From the NCBI GenBank assembly GCA_905201685.1, contig CAJKOW010000001.1, positions 20,292-84,291 on the forward strand: DNA of 64,000 nt. The letters are read 5' to 3'. This document shows, piece after piece, positions 11,788 to 20,805 of the stretch; the stretch's first letter is position 1; the number at the start of each line of letters is the position of its first letter. Source of the stretch: an uncultured Bacteroides sp. (lineage in GTDB: Bacteria; Bacteroidota; Bacteroidia; Bacteroidales; Bacteroidaceae). The translations under genes were made by a program, and so were the position numbers. The notes beneath the pieces were generated by a model. The model was not told the DNA's origin, searched no databases, and saw only the letters and a list, made by a program, of their open reading frames with translations.

Positions 11788-12201
11788 TCAAAAACTCCCC
11801 AGAAATCTGCCAAACAAACGCTGAATCCAACTTTTCTTCTTTTTAGATACCAACTTCCCTTGCAGCTGTGGCACGTATTCTTCCACAGTTTTTCCCATTA
11901 GCCGCCGACCTCCCTTTGGGTTTTCAAAAGCTACACGATTCAAGTATTGCTTAAGCTGACTACTCAGAAGCATATCTTTACCAAATTCGGCAACTCCGAC
12001 AACATTAACAAGTTCTTTTGCCAACCTTTTCTTTTCTAATTCTTGCTCTAAATATTGCAGTTCCGCCTCACACATCGGACATGTCCCCATACAATCACCT
12101 TGATGATCACATTTTGCAGGAATATATTCAATACCATTGGCATCGGCAATTTTCAGCCTGACTTCTTTTAATATATTACAAATCAACTTTCCTCCTTCCA
12201 T
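11788..12201 (-). CDS. Cys-rich protein (C..C-x5-C-x-G-T-C-P-x-C), putative Fe-S/metal-binding partner of the radical SAM enzyme
   Basis: GKLICNILKEVR..CDHQGDCMGTCPMCEAEL; starts 6 bp after the radical SAM stop. Confidence 0.75.
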   Translation of the reverse strand: MEGGKLICNILKEVRLKIADANGIEYIPAKCDHQGDCMGTCPMCEAELQYLEQELEKKRLAKELVNVVGVAEFGKDMLLSSQLKQYLNRVAFENPKGGRRLMGKTVEEYVPQLQGKLVSKKKKSWIQRLFGRFLGSF

Positions 12202-12207
12202 AGTATT

Positions 12208-12813
12208 CTACTTAATATAAGTAAAACGGTCAACACGTGATATACCTAAAGACTTTAATATAGCCAAACTATTCTCTATATCTGCCACCCCATTGAAATC
12301 AGGAATGGAAGGAACACGTATTACCATCTTGTCGGCCAAGCCCTGCCCTACCATCCATTCAAGATTCTCAATCACATTTTCATTTCCTTTACCCGTATAT
12401 TGCTCATAGATATTTGCGTTCATATCTTTGATATCAATAAAATATTCGTCTATTACAGAAATGATTTCTTCTACCTTATTTCGTGGCACATTGAGCGATG
12501 TTTCTAAATTCAACTGCCAGTCAGCCTCACAAACCTCTTTAAACTCCCGTATAAACGAACTATAAAGCAGCGGTTCGCCTCCACCAAAGGTAATCCCGCC
12601 TCCAGTAGCTTTAAAATAAAGGTCATCTATTTTCACAGCCTCATAAAGACTCATGCAAGTGAACTCCGAAGCATCCCCCATAAAATCTATTGCATTCGGA
12701 TTAAGGCAATATCGGCAATGCAACATGCAGCCTTGAAAAGCGACTAACGTTGTAATGCCTTTCCCGTCCGATAAGCGGTGCCTGCTGATATTGGCTATTT
12801 TAGCTTTTTCCAT
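12208..12813 (-). CDS. Radical SAM protein, glycyl-radical activating enzyme (PflA-like) family
   Basis: GCMLHCRYCLNP (CxxxCxxC), GGITFGGGEP, LETS, DIK, IRVP.IP. Confidence 0.9.
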   Translation of the reverse strand: MEKAKIANISRHRLSDGKGITTLVAFQGCMLHCRYCLNPNAIDFMGDASEFTCMSLYEAVKIDDLYFKATGGGITFGGGEPLLYSSFIREFKEVCEADWQLNLETSLNVPRNKVEEIISVIDEYFIDIKDMNANIYEQYTGKGNENVIENLEWMVGQGLADKMVIRVPSIPDFNGVADIENSLAILKSLGISRVDRFTYIK

Positions 12814-12841
12814 TAGAACCTATTTAAGGCATTAAAATTGC

Positions 12842-13228
12842 TTAGATTTCCGAACATTGTTGATCTATATCCAAATTATCATTATAATAAAGACTATCAT
12901 CTGTGTTTCTCCAATCAATAAAGTCATTCTTTTCAGTACAATTTTTCTCCATTATATTATCTCCTGAATTTTCCACCATATCCCCTACGTCAACTGAATC
13001 GACAGCAAATACTTCATGTATTTCAAAATCTTCATCTACCCTATCAAATTGCATCCTTAGCAAATCTTGTTCGACTACCTCTTCTACGTTATTATACCCT
13101 GCAAGTGCATCATGCACATCTTCTTGTTTATCAATAGAAGTTTGATTAATAATCTCATGCATTGCTATTTCATCATCCATACCCATAGTTAATTTCTCTT
13201 TTTCCATTTTTATATCTCCTATTTTCAT
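12842..13228 (-). CDS. Highly acidic hypothetical protein (start uncertain)
   Basis: D/E-rich ORF co-oriented with the radical SAM gene and 28 bp upstream of it. Confidence 0.6.
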   Translation of the reverse strand: MKIGDIKMEKEKLTMGMDDEIAMHEIINQTSIDKQEDVHDALAGYNNVEEVVEQDLLRMQFDRVDEDFEIHEVFAVDSVDVGDMVENSGDNIMEKNCTEKNDFIDWRNTDDSLYYNDNLDIDQQCSEI

Positions 13229-13373
13229 TAATACAATTAGATCTCCCAAAATTAGATTTTCATTTGCTTTTTAGCTTCCTAATCTTATATTTAGCTATTA
13301 TTTCCACTTTAGTTTATTCTTAAATCTACTCTCTGAATACTCCCCCAATTATAGCGACTCCATTTTTTATTTT

Positions 13374-13991
13374 TCACGACAATACTGATGTTATTTTCCA
13401 AATATGTTTACTAAAATATTGATTATAACCTATCTTTTTAAGCGTTATCGATTTACTATTTTCAAGCTCTTCCAACGTATATTTACCTAAAGTTGAATTA
13501 TGCAAAAATATTGTCTCTCCTTCTAACGTTTGTATGATAACACCATTCTTTTTTTTATCAAGAAGTTTTCCTATACAAATTGTTCCTAACGGAATAGTTC
13601 TATCTTCAATTTCCATTTGTTGTTTTTCTTTCTTTATAGGTATAGCACTTAGATACAATAATGACCTTTCAGTGTTAACAAATGATAAATACAATTCTTT
13701 CATCTCCTGAGGTTGCAATCCCAATCTTAAAGCCTTCTTCTGTTGACGAACATTCATAAATGCTTCACGTTTACCAAGTTTAAAAATCAGCATCTTTCTA
13801 TCATTTTTATATACATATTTGACCTTTACAGGACAATCTATGTCCATTTTTTCATCAATAATAGAGAAAGAAACATCATTAATTCCAACAAGTCTATCTT
13901 TATAAGAACCTATCTCATCATACTTACAAGAAACAACTGTTGAACCATCAATACGCTCAATACCCCATTTGCCCATCTGAGAAAATTTCAC
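13374..13991 (-). pseudogene. Frameshifted C-terminal part of the 14003-16477 gene (WG-type repeat, possible S1/OB-like end)
   Basis: Begins with GKWGIERIDGSTVVSCKYDEI; joins the upstream ORF if one A is added at the A6 run (14007-14012). Confidence 0.65.
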
Positions 13992-14002
13992 AAAGTCATT
14001 AT

Positions 14003-16477
14003 TTAATTTTTTCTCTCTTCCTTCAAACTCTTACAATTACTATCAATAAGGCCATTACGACCATCATATTTCACTGTTGCAACATTATCAGAGCTTAACT
14101 CACTGATGTATTCATAATTACTTAAAATCTCATTCCCTTGAAAATCTACTATACAATATAATCCATTATGTATAGCTATAATTTTGTCTGGAGACCACAT
14201 TGCCAAATGAGAATAACAAGCAGTAGTTAAAGGAGTACCAGTTTTAGTCATAATCCCCCAAAGTAGCTCACCATTTACCTCTTTTACATATTTGGCACCT
14301 ATAGGATTGAATTCTTCTATCCTTCTTATCCCTGTATTTAGAGAAGTAAAATTATTCTTATCAAACAAATCATACATACCATCCTTTTTCCCTTCATACC
14401 ATCCTCTACGAGAAATTATTGATTCATATTCAAAAGCGATTCTTATTTCGCCATCAAACGTAATCAACCCACATTTCTCATTTTTCCTTCCAATTACATA
14501 TTTTTGAGTACTTTTTACAACATCATCCAATTCGAATGCTCTTGACAAAAGTTCCAACTTATTTTCCACTTTCAATTCTTCTTGTTCTTGTAACCATAAT
14601 GTATTCAACTCTTCAAGAATTCTTTTATTTTCTTCCTCAACATCTAAAGTTTTCAACCGAAATTCAGGATGTGCTTCAAAATATTTTTGTTCCGCATCAA
14701 AATAATATGGCTTGTATGTATTGTCATAAGTTAATTCTGAGAGACTAATAAATATTCCCCCTAAATCATTCGAAGAATTTCCATTTGTGTATTCCCAATT
14801 TCCATCCGCCTTTAACCAATTACACTTTAAAATAAGTTCACCTCTTTTCTCACTTTCTCTTTGAGCATCTTTATCAAAAATGAAAATATTCAACTTATTA
14901 TTATAATAAATATCTTTTGACATCATATTGTTCAAATCAACATGATTTTCCTGTTCATCAAAATTAAAGACCCAAATGATGAATTTTTTATTAAGCCGAT
15001 AAAATAAATCTCTTTCTGCAATTACACTAACAAAGGTGGTACTTAGTTGTAATTCAAAAACAATTTCTTCTCCTCTAAATCTAGTCCAAACATCAGGGCG
15101 CTTCCATTTAAGTATGGGATGATTCCCCATAACAGTATTTTCTATTTTTACTTCTGAAACCCCAGGAGTCTTTTCTAACAGATTGGCTATTTTAATCTTT
15201 AAGAATTTATGGCGTTCTCCTTCATTACACCGAGCATATTTTTCTCTCTCAATATCTCTTTTGGCTTTTCCAGTCGTTGTTTTATAATCACATTCCTCAC
15301 TATCTCTCAAATGTGAAAAGAAACTAGCAACTCCCCGCTCTATTTTCCGACCTGAAATTTTAACAGCCTGACGACAATATTTGCATATAAATTTAGGTTT
15401 TCTTAAATATATTGATCTTTGCAATTCAGTTCTAACTTTAAAAATCAAGTTTTCTGGTTGGGCAAAAAAATCTTTCGACTTTATTTCTACCCCTGTATCA
15501 GTATCAATGACAGTATCTATAGTGCGTTTAGTGTCATCAATATAAGAATTAGAGCTTGCACTTCCTATCGGTGCTATCATCGTCATAAGGCCTGTACCGA
15601 CTATAATCTTTTGCTCTTCATTATTCGTTTTGGGCTTATTCTCCAAACTATCTAATGTCAACGGATTTGAAGTGTTTTCTGTTTCATAAACATCATTTTC
15701 AGTACCTCTTACTACAATGGGAACTATTTTTTTTAACCTAAAATTCTCATTTTTCAATTCTATTATATCTTTATTCAAAACATCAATAGTTGCATCTTTT
15801 GCACAGTTCCTTGCCTTATAATTCATATTTTCTTTATAAAGACTATCATATTGCTCTTTAAGAGCTTGATATTGCCTACTCAGACTCTCTATTTGATCTT
15901 GTACCTGTTCGTCAGAAACTTTTAAATTATTATTTTCATCTACAGATTCTAATATTTGCTTTTTTTCTTGTAGTTCTCTCACTATATTATCCTTTTCTTC
16001 TTCCAATGCAACAGCCCTTTGACTTAAACTATCCCTTTCTTTTTCCAATGCGACAGCCTTTTGACTTAAACTATCCCTTTCTTCTTCCAATGCAACAGCC
16101 CTTTGACTTAAGCTATCCCTTTCTTCTTCCAATGCAACAGCCCTTTGACTTAAACTGTCCCTTTCTTCTTCCAATGCGACAGCCTTTTGACTTAAGCTAT
16201 CCCTTTCTTCTTCCAATGCGACAGCCTTTTGACTTAAACTGTCCCTTTCTTCTTCCAATGCAACAGTCTTTTGACTTAAACTGTCCCTTTCTTCTTCCAA
16301 TGCCACAGCCTTTTGACTTATAATACCGATTTGCTCAATCAAAGTATTCTTGTTTTTTTCTAACGATACATTTTTCGCTAATAATATTTGGTTTTGTAAT
16401 TGAATTTCATTAACATCAATATTACAATATTTCTTTAGTATCCTAATAAAAATATTTTTCATATAATACATCATCAT
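14003..16477 (-). CDS. Coiled-coil + CoiA-like/DUF6035 (PD-(D/E)xK-like nuclease) + WG-repeat protein
   Basis: 14-aa repeats; CKYC..FFSH..C Zn-binding pattern; EGERH..K, RPDV, VFELQLS, IIWVF; WG-like repeats at the C-terminus. Confidence 0.7.
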   Translation of the reverse strand: MMMYYMKNIFIRILKKYCNIDVNEIQLQNQILLAKNVSLEKNKNTLIEQIGIISQKAVALEEERDSLSQKTVALEEERDSLSQKAVALEEERDSLSQKAVALEEERDSLSQRAVALEEERDSLSQRAVALEEERDSLSQKAVALEKERDSLSQRAVALEEEKDNIVRELQEKKQILESVDENNNLKVSDEQVQDQIESLSRQYQALKEQYDSLYKENMNYKARNCAKDATIDVLNKDIIELKNENFRLKKIVPIVVRGTENDVYETENTSNPLTLDSLENKPKTNNEEQKIIVGTGLMTMIAPIGSASSNSYIDDTKRTIDTVIDTDTGVEIKSKDFFAQPENLIFKVRTELQRSIYLRKPKFICKYCRQAVKISGRKIERGVASFFSHLRDSEECDYKTTTGKAKRDIEREKYARCNEGERHKFLKIKIANLLEKTPGVSEVKIENTVMGNHPILKWKRPDVWTRFRGEEIVFELQLSTTFVSVIAERDLFYRLNKKFIIWVFNFDEQENHVDLNNMMSKDIYYNNKLNIFIFDKDAQRESEKRGELILKCNWLKADGNWEYTNGNSSNDLGGIFISLSELTYDNTYKPYYFDAEQKYFEAHPEFRLKTLDVEEENKRILEELNTLWLQEQEELKVENKLELLSRAFELDDVVKSTQKYVIGRKNEKCGLITFDGEIRIAFEYESIISRRGWYEGKKDGMYDLFDKNNFTSLNTGIRRIEEFNPIGAKYVKEVNGELLWGIMTKTGTPLTTACYSHLAMWSPDKIIAIHNGLYCIVDFQGNEILSNYEYISELSSDNVATVKYDGRNGLIDSNCKSLKEERKN
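15983..16318 (-). repeat. Coding tandem repeat, 8 x 42 bp (SQ[KR]AVALEEERDSL)
   Basis: Seen directly in DNA and protein; seven near-identical units plus one degenerate unit. Confidence 0.95.
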
Positions 16478-16669
16478 TTATTCGTTAATTAATTATACAA
16501 TTTAAATAATGAATCTATAAATTCGTTTTAAAAAATAGGCATTTTGATTTCTCTCCACCTTCAAAAGCATTAAGAAAACATTTTAAAGTTTACTTAAATG
16601 AGTTCACACATTATTTAAGTAAGCCTATAGTTTTTTTGAATAATCAAGGCCCTATGAACATTTATACAA

Positions 16670-16850
16670 ACAGAAACGTGGAACTACATGCCCACTATCT
16701 GTAACTGAAGGTCCTGAGAAAACCCAAAAACATAAATAGACGGACAGCAGTCCCACGCCAAACCAGCGTAGGAAACATACTGTGCCATTCCTATGTTTTC
16801 TTGAAAATTTCTCAGGTTTTCAGTTACAAGAACAAGCACAACGCTTCTTA
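16670..16850 (-). ncRNA. Putative structured cis-regulatory leader or ncRNA
   Basis: Long-range inverted repeats 16700-16721/16808-16828 and 16677-16687/16748-16758; -7 promoter element TAAATTTG at 16901-16908. Confidence 0.55.
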
Positions 16851-17086
16851 CAATTTTATCTCTAAAAAACATTGAAGGACATCACCATGCGCTCCATCCG
16901 CAAATTTAAACATTTCTCTCACAAATATGAAAAAAGAGAAAGAGTTTTTAGTCTCTACCAATATTTTCTTGAGATTCAATTACAACCACTGTCCAATCTA
17001 TTGTATTAATATCTGCTTATTGCTGCAATCACAGCCGTACGCCATTGCCAAATGATTCTTTATATTTCATTCGGATTTGCAAAATT

Positions 17087-19099
17087 CTATTTTTTTGCTT
17101 TCCGCAAATGCTTATACGCCCTCATATCCATCTTATATTCATCCCTCATTTTAAGCTTTCTGAATATCTCTGCTCTGATACGATAACATTCCGCTGTCGG
17201 CTCATCACATATCGTAAAATAGTGGTTGGCAACGCTTAAAGCTTCATCATAGTCTTTCAGAAAGAACAAAGCTTCTGCCTTATTAATAACAGCATCCGAC
17301 CATACTCGCTCATTATGCGTAATCAACAACTGGTTATCAGCAATAGCCTCACGATACTTACCAACATGAGTATAGAGAACAGCCCGATCACGATAAGCAA
17401 CATAATATTTCGGATTGAGATTAATGAATGCCGTATATTTTTCTATTAATGCCCCTTTAGGATAAGAATTATCGAAGAACAGTCTATTTAATAGACAATA
17501 TTGCTCCTCTATTTCTTCCAAATCTCTGTTAATAATCTTTTTTTTCTTCTCTGGCGCTAAAACTTCAATATCAGAAATTTCTTTCGGATAAATAACCAAA
17601 CTACGTGGAAGTATTATTTTCTTCAATAGTTCCACATATATATAATTTTTTTTCTCCCCCTCTCCTTTATATGTATGTTTATCCAATACGATATAATAAT
17701 TCTTAGCAATGAAATCATCTGCAACTTTCAAAAAAGCCTCCTTAATTCGTGAACATTTTTCATTTATTGCATTATCTGTTACATCTACCAAACGACTAAT
17801 AGATTCTTTCTGCTTTTCAGAATCTTCTCTATTAGAGAGTACTTTATAAATAGCTAACAACTCATCATAGTAAGCCGATAACATTTTAAACTCCACTCCT
17901 TCGGGATGACGCAGATAAAATAAGTACAACGTCTTCTGCAAAGGGGTCATTCGTACCTCTTTATTATAATCAAGTAAACAAAATCTAAAATCATCCGTAA
18001 TCTGAAGCCTGCTCAAATCCGGAACCAGCTTTACATTATTCAATTCGTTCAAAGTATCAGTCCCTATTGTGTGCAACAATAATTCATAATAACCTGCACC
18101 TTTCAGTATTTCAATCTCCTTTTTAATGTTTTCTGCAATATTCTTCATAACAATAGGAAATTCTAAATCAGCAAAATTTTGTTGTACTTTCCCCATACGC
18201 TCACTAAACTCTCCTCCATGCAATTTCGATACAACAGACATGCAAGGGGGACCATGAGGTATCTGCCTGTCCTCTTTTATGAAAGCACAATAATCCGAAA
18301 AAAAGATCTTCCAATCATCCTTAGTCACTCCTTGCATTGGATAAAGCGTAAAGCGACTCTCTTTTACTATATCTTGTACACCAATCATAGAATCATATAT
18401 AAAGCCTGCAAAATGAAAGATGCCGCTTTCCATCTCCTTCCAATCAAAATGCAGTACTCTACAAAGCAACTTTGTATATACTATCGTATTCATTGAATTC
18501 AATAGTTTCTCAACGCTTTTACATTCTTTTTCCGTCAAGTTAGTTAATCTATTCAACGAAGTATCAGGTTTCCATTGGGGCAAATAAATGAAACGGAATC
18601 CATTTTGATAAAATATAGACTCTATTTCATGCAAATTTTCTTGGATACACTGATTTAGAATTTCGTCATAACAATTTTCAACATAAATATAAGTATCTGC
18701 GTCAAAATCAAAAGGAACTATTCCCGGATAATGGAATTTCTTGAATTTACTCAACCTTCGCTGATAGCTTTCCTCTCTTTCCCGTTCCTTCTTCAACCAT
18801 ACATCATTTTCATCGTTATTACTAAAATCTCTCCAAATGAAATACATAGAGAAGAAAGGCAATAATGAAAGGAAAATCAAGCTGCAAAGTAAAAAAATTA
18901 AGGCTATAAACAGTATCAACAAATACGCCAAGCAAGTTGCTTCTTTACCACACGTTTCTTTACATAAACTGTTACATTCACATACAAAACCCCTTCCGAA
19001 ACTCTTCAGATGCGCCCGATAATTTTTAAAACATAAAGCAATTATCATAAGAAACATCCATGTACCTATTATCGACAACATCGTAACCATTTTTACCAA
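17087..19099 (-). CDS. Membrane-anchored protein with a central putative wHTH-like regulatory domain and C-terminal TPRs
   Basis: Two N-terminal hydrophobic segments; MTPLQKTLYLFYLRHPEG..INEKCSRIKEAF; AYRDRAVLY..GKYREAIAD TPR patterns. Confidence 0.65.
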   Translation of the reverse strand: MVKMVTMLSIIGTWMFLMIIALCFKNYRAHLKSFGRGFVCECNSLCKETCGKEATCLAYLLILFIALIFLLCSLIFLSLLPFFSMYFIWRDFSNNDENDVWLKKEREREESYQRRLSKFKKFHYPGIVPFDFDADTYIYVENCYDEILNQCIQENLHEIESIFYQNGFRFIYLPQWKPDTSLNRLTNLTEKECKSVEKLLNSMNTIVYTKLLCRVLHFDWKEMESGIFHFAGFIYDSMIGVQDIVKESRFTLYPMQGVTKDDWKIFFSDYCAFIKEDRQIPHGPPCMSVVSKLHGGEFSERMGKVQQNFADLEFPIVMKNIAENIKKEIEILKGAGYYELLLHTIGTDTLNELNNVKLVPDLSRLQITDDFRFCLLDYNKEVRMTPLQKTLYLFYLRHPEGVEFKMLSAYYDELLAIYKVLSNREDSEKQKESISRLVDVTDNAINEKCSRIKEAFLKVADDFIAKNYYIVLDKHTYKGEGEKKNYIYVELLKKIILPRSLVIYPKEISDIEVLAPEKKKKIINRDLEEIEEQYCLLNRLFFDNSYPKGALIEKYTAFINLNPKYYVAYRDRAVLYTHVGKYREAIADNQLLITHNERVWSDAVINKAEALFFLKDYDEALSVANHYFTICDEPTAECYRIRAEIFRKLKMRDEYKMDMRAYKHLRKAKK

Positions 19100-19181
19100 T
19101 ACTATTTATTTTAAACGACTGCATATCTTCACTTTACTTTCGATACATTTTCAAAACATCCTTACTCATTTCTTAATATAG

Positions 19182-19230
19182 CAAAGATACTACAATAAAA
19201 GAACAACAAGTTTTGCAAGCCTTGCAAAAC
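19182..19230 (-). promoter_or_regulatory. Promoter (-7 TATCTTTG) with an upstream 10-1-10 palindrome
   Basis: CAAAGATA at 19182-19189; GTTTTGCAAG-C-CTTGCAAAAC at 19210-19230. Confidence 0.5.
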
Positions 19231-19267
19231 AAAAAAAGCCGGACTGGGAAACTCTTCCCGTCCGGCC
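19231..19267 (-). terminator. Terminator at the end of the PUL
   Basis: GCCGGAC.GGGAA..TTCCCGTCCGGC stem plus A7. Confidence 0.75.
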
Positions 19268-19300
19268 CTTCTATTCATTTTCAATGTCCTCAGTCAGACA

Positions 19301-20776
19301 TCATTTGGCATAAAACGTATTAAACGAATGGCCTTGTAGACTTACAGTCAGGTACTTACCGCCCAACTGAACTGTCAGCTGACGGGCATCATCGTTGAAA
19401 TTGGCAGCTACAACCAAATATTTGTTATCCGGCGTAAGCAACAGCATGGCAGGTAGCCCATCCTCACCTTTTTCTCTATAAGCCAACACCTTAGTACCTG
19501 CAACAACTTTGTTGCTGAAGTGTTTCACGGCATAGTATTCGGGGGTATAAGTAGCGGCTCCTGTCTTCGAATCCACCCGAATCAAAGCATTCTGTTTCCA
19601 TCCCCAGGCACTGGTACCTTCATCGCACAGGATGGCATTCCAGATGGTATATTCTTCGCAACCATTCCCCAGATAGTGATTTATCAGATGGAAAGTATGC
19701 TCGGCAGCTTTCCAGTCGAACGTACCCGAACCACATTCACTTTCGGTCTGCATGTATTTATAGTCGGGATACTTCTTACGGATTTCGGGCAAAATCTGTC
19801 CGCCCCACCACTGGAAACCGATTCCCTCAACAGCATCTTTCATACGGGGATCGGACAAGACACGGTCGACCAGCTCGATACGATTCGTATTCAGCGTGCC
19901 CAGGTAAAGTTGTACATCGGGCAACTGTTTCTTCAGCGTAGGTGCCAGATACTCTACATTGAAACGGATGATGCCTTCGGGTGTCCAGGCACAAGCAGGA
20001 TAGATGGAATAAGCCCACGGCTCGTTCTGGAACATGACCCGATTGACAGGAACCCCCAGTTCACGATAGGCCGACACAAACTTGCAGAAGTAATTGGCAT
20101 AGGTTTGCAAATAACGTGGATCCTGGATAAAGTAGTCGTTCTCGGTAACCTGCTTGGGATAGAAACGCTTGTCTACATTCTCCACTCCTTCGTAAAGGGC
20201 TATTTCGGCTTCGGCAGGCAGACGGTTGACCTTGGCATTGCTCTTGACGGAATAATAATGGTTCACCTTCATCCAAGAAGGAGGCGACCAGGGAGATATC
20301 CAGAACGTCAGGTCGGGATTTACCTTCAAGGCACGCTTCACGTAAGGGATAAGCGTCTGACGGTCGCGGTCGATATTGAAGTATTTCAACGTAAAGTCGC
20401 CCGGCACTTCGTCACAACTGTACCAGTCGCGTGCATAGTCGTTGGCATTCATGGGGATACGCCCCATCGTAAACTTCAACTCACCATCGGGAGCAAAAAT
20501 CCGATTCAACACTTCTTCCTGGCCTTTCAACGGCAGCATGTTCAAAGCATCCCAGCCTAGTTCGTTAAAACAGGTTCCCCACTTCTGGAAGGTCTGTATG
20601 CAATCCGTGCCATCCGTTTTCAGCAAAGGAGCCTCCTCACACTTGGCCTGGAGTTTCACTTTCGCTTCCTTCCAGACGTTTCCTTCGGTACTGCTAATCC
20701 ACACCATGGATTGAGCGTACATACCCGACAGGCTGAATAAAAGCCCACCGAGCAAAAAAATTTTTTTCAGATTCAT
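19301..20776 (-). CDS. Glycoside hydrolase family 30
   Basis: GTCFNELGW, SPWSPP.WMK, QNEP (acid/base), QTESECG (nucleophile); signal peptide. Confidence 0.85.
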   Translation of the reverse strand: MNLKKIFLLGGLLFSLSGMYAQSMVWISSTEGNVWKEAKVKLQAKCEEAPLLKTDGTDCIQTFQKWGTCFNELGWDALNMLPLKGQEEVLNRIFAPDGELKFTMGRIPMNANDYARDWYSCDEVPGDFTLKYFNIDRDRQTLIPYVKRALKVNPDLTFWISPWSPPSWMKVNHYYSVKSNAKVNRLPAEAEIALYEGVENVDKRFYPKQVTENDYFIQDPRYLQTYANYFCKFVSAYRELGVPVNRVMFQNEPWAYSIYPACAWTPEGIIRFNVEYLAPTLKKQLPDVQLYLGTLNTNRIELVDRVLSDPRMKDAVEGIGFQWWGGQILPEIRKKYPDYKYMQTESECGSGTFDWKAAEHTFHLINHYLGNGCEEYTIWNAILCDEGTSAWGWKQNALIRVDSKTGAATYTPEYYAVKHFSNKVVAGTKVLAYREKGEDGLPAMLLLTPDNKYLVVAANFNDDARQLTVQLGGKYLTVSLQGHSFNTFYAK

Positions 20777-20805
20777 GGTTCTCTATTTAAAGTTAGTATT
20801 CCTAT

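Noticed and set aside
12208..12813. Radical SAM as the anaerobic sulfatase-maturating enzyme for the PUL sulfatases
   Set aside because: Only 201 aa with no C-terminal SPASM Cys motifs; motifs are PflA-like
15983..16318. 42-bp repeats as a CRISPR array
   Set aside because: Units are contiguous with no unique spacers and lie in-frame in a CDS
16684..16872. 62-aa ORF in the leader region
   Set aside because: Coincides with the paired elements and has no protein-like features; a leader peptide cannot be fully excluded
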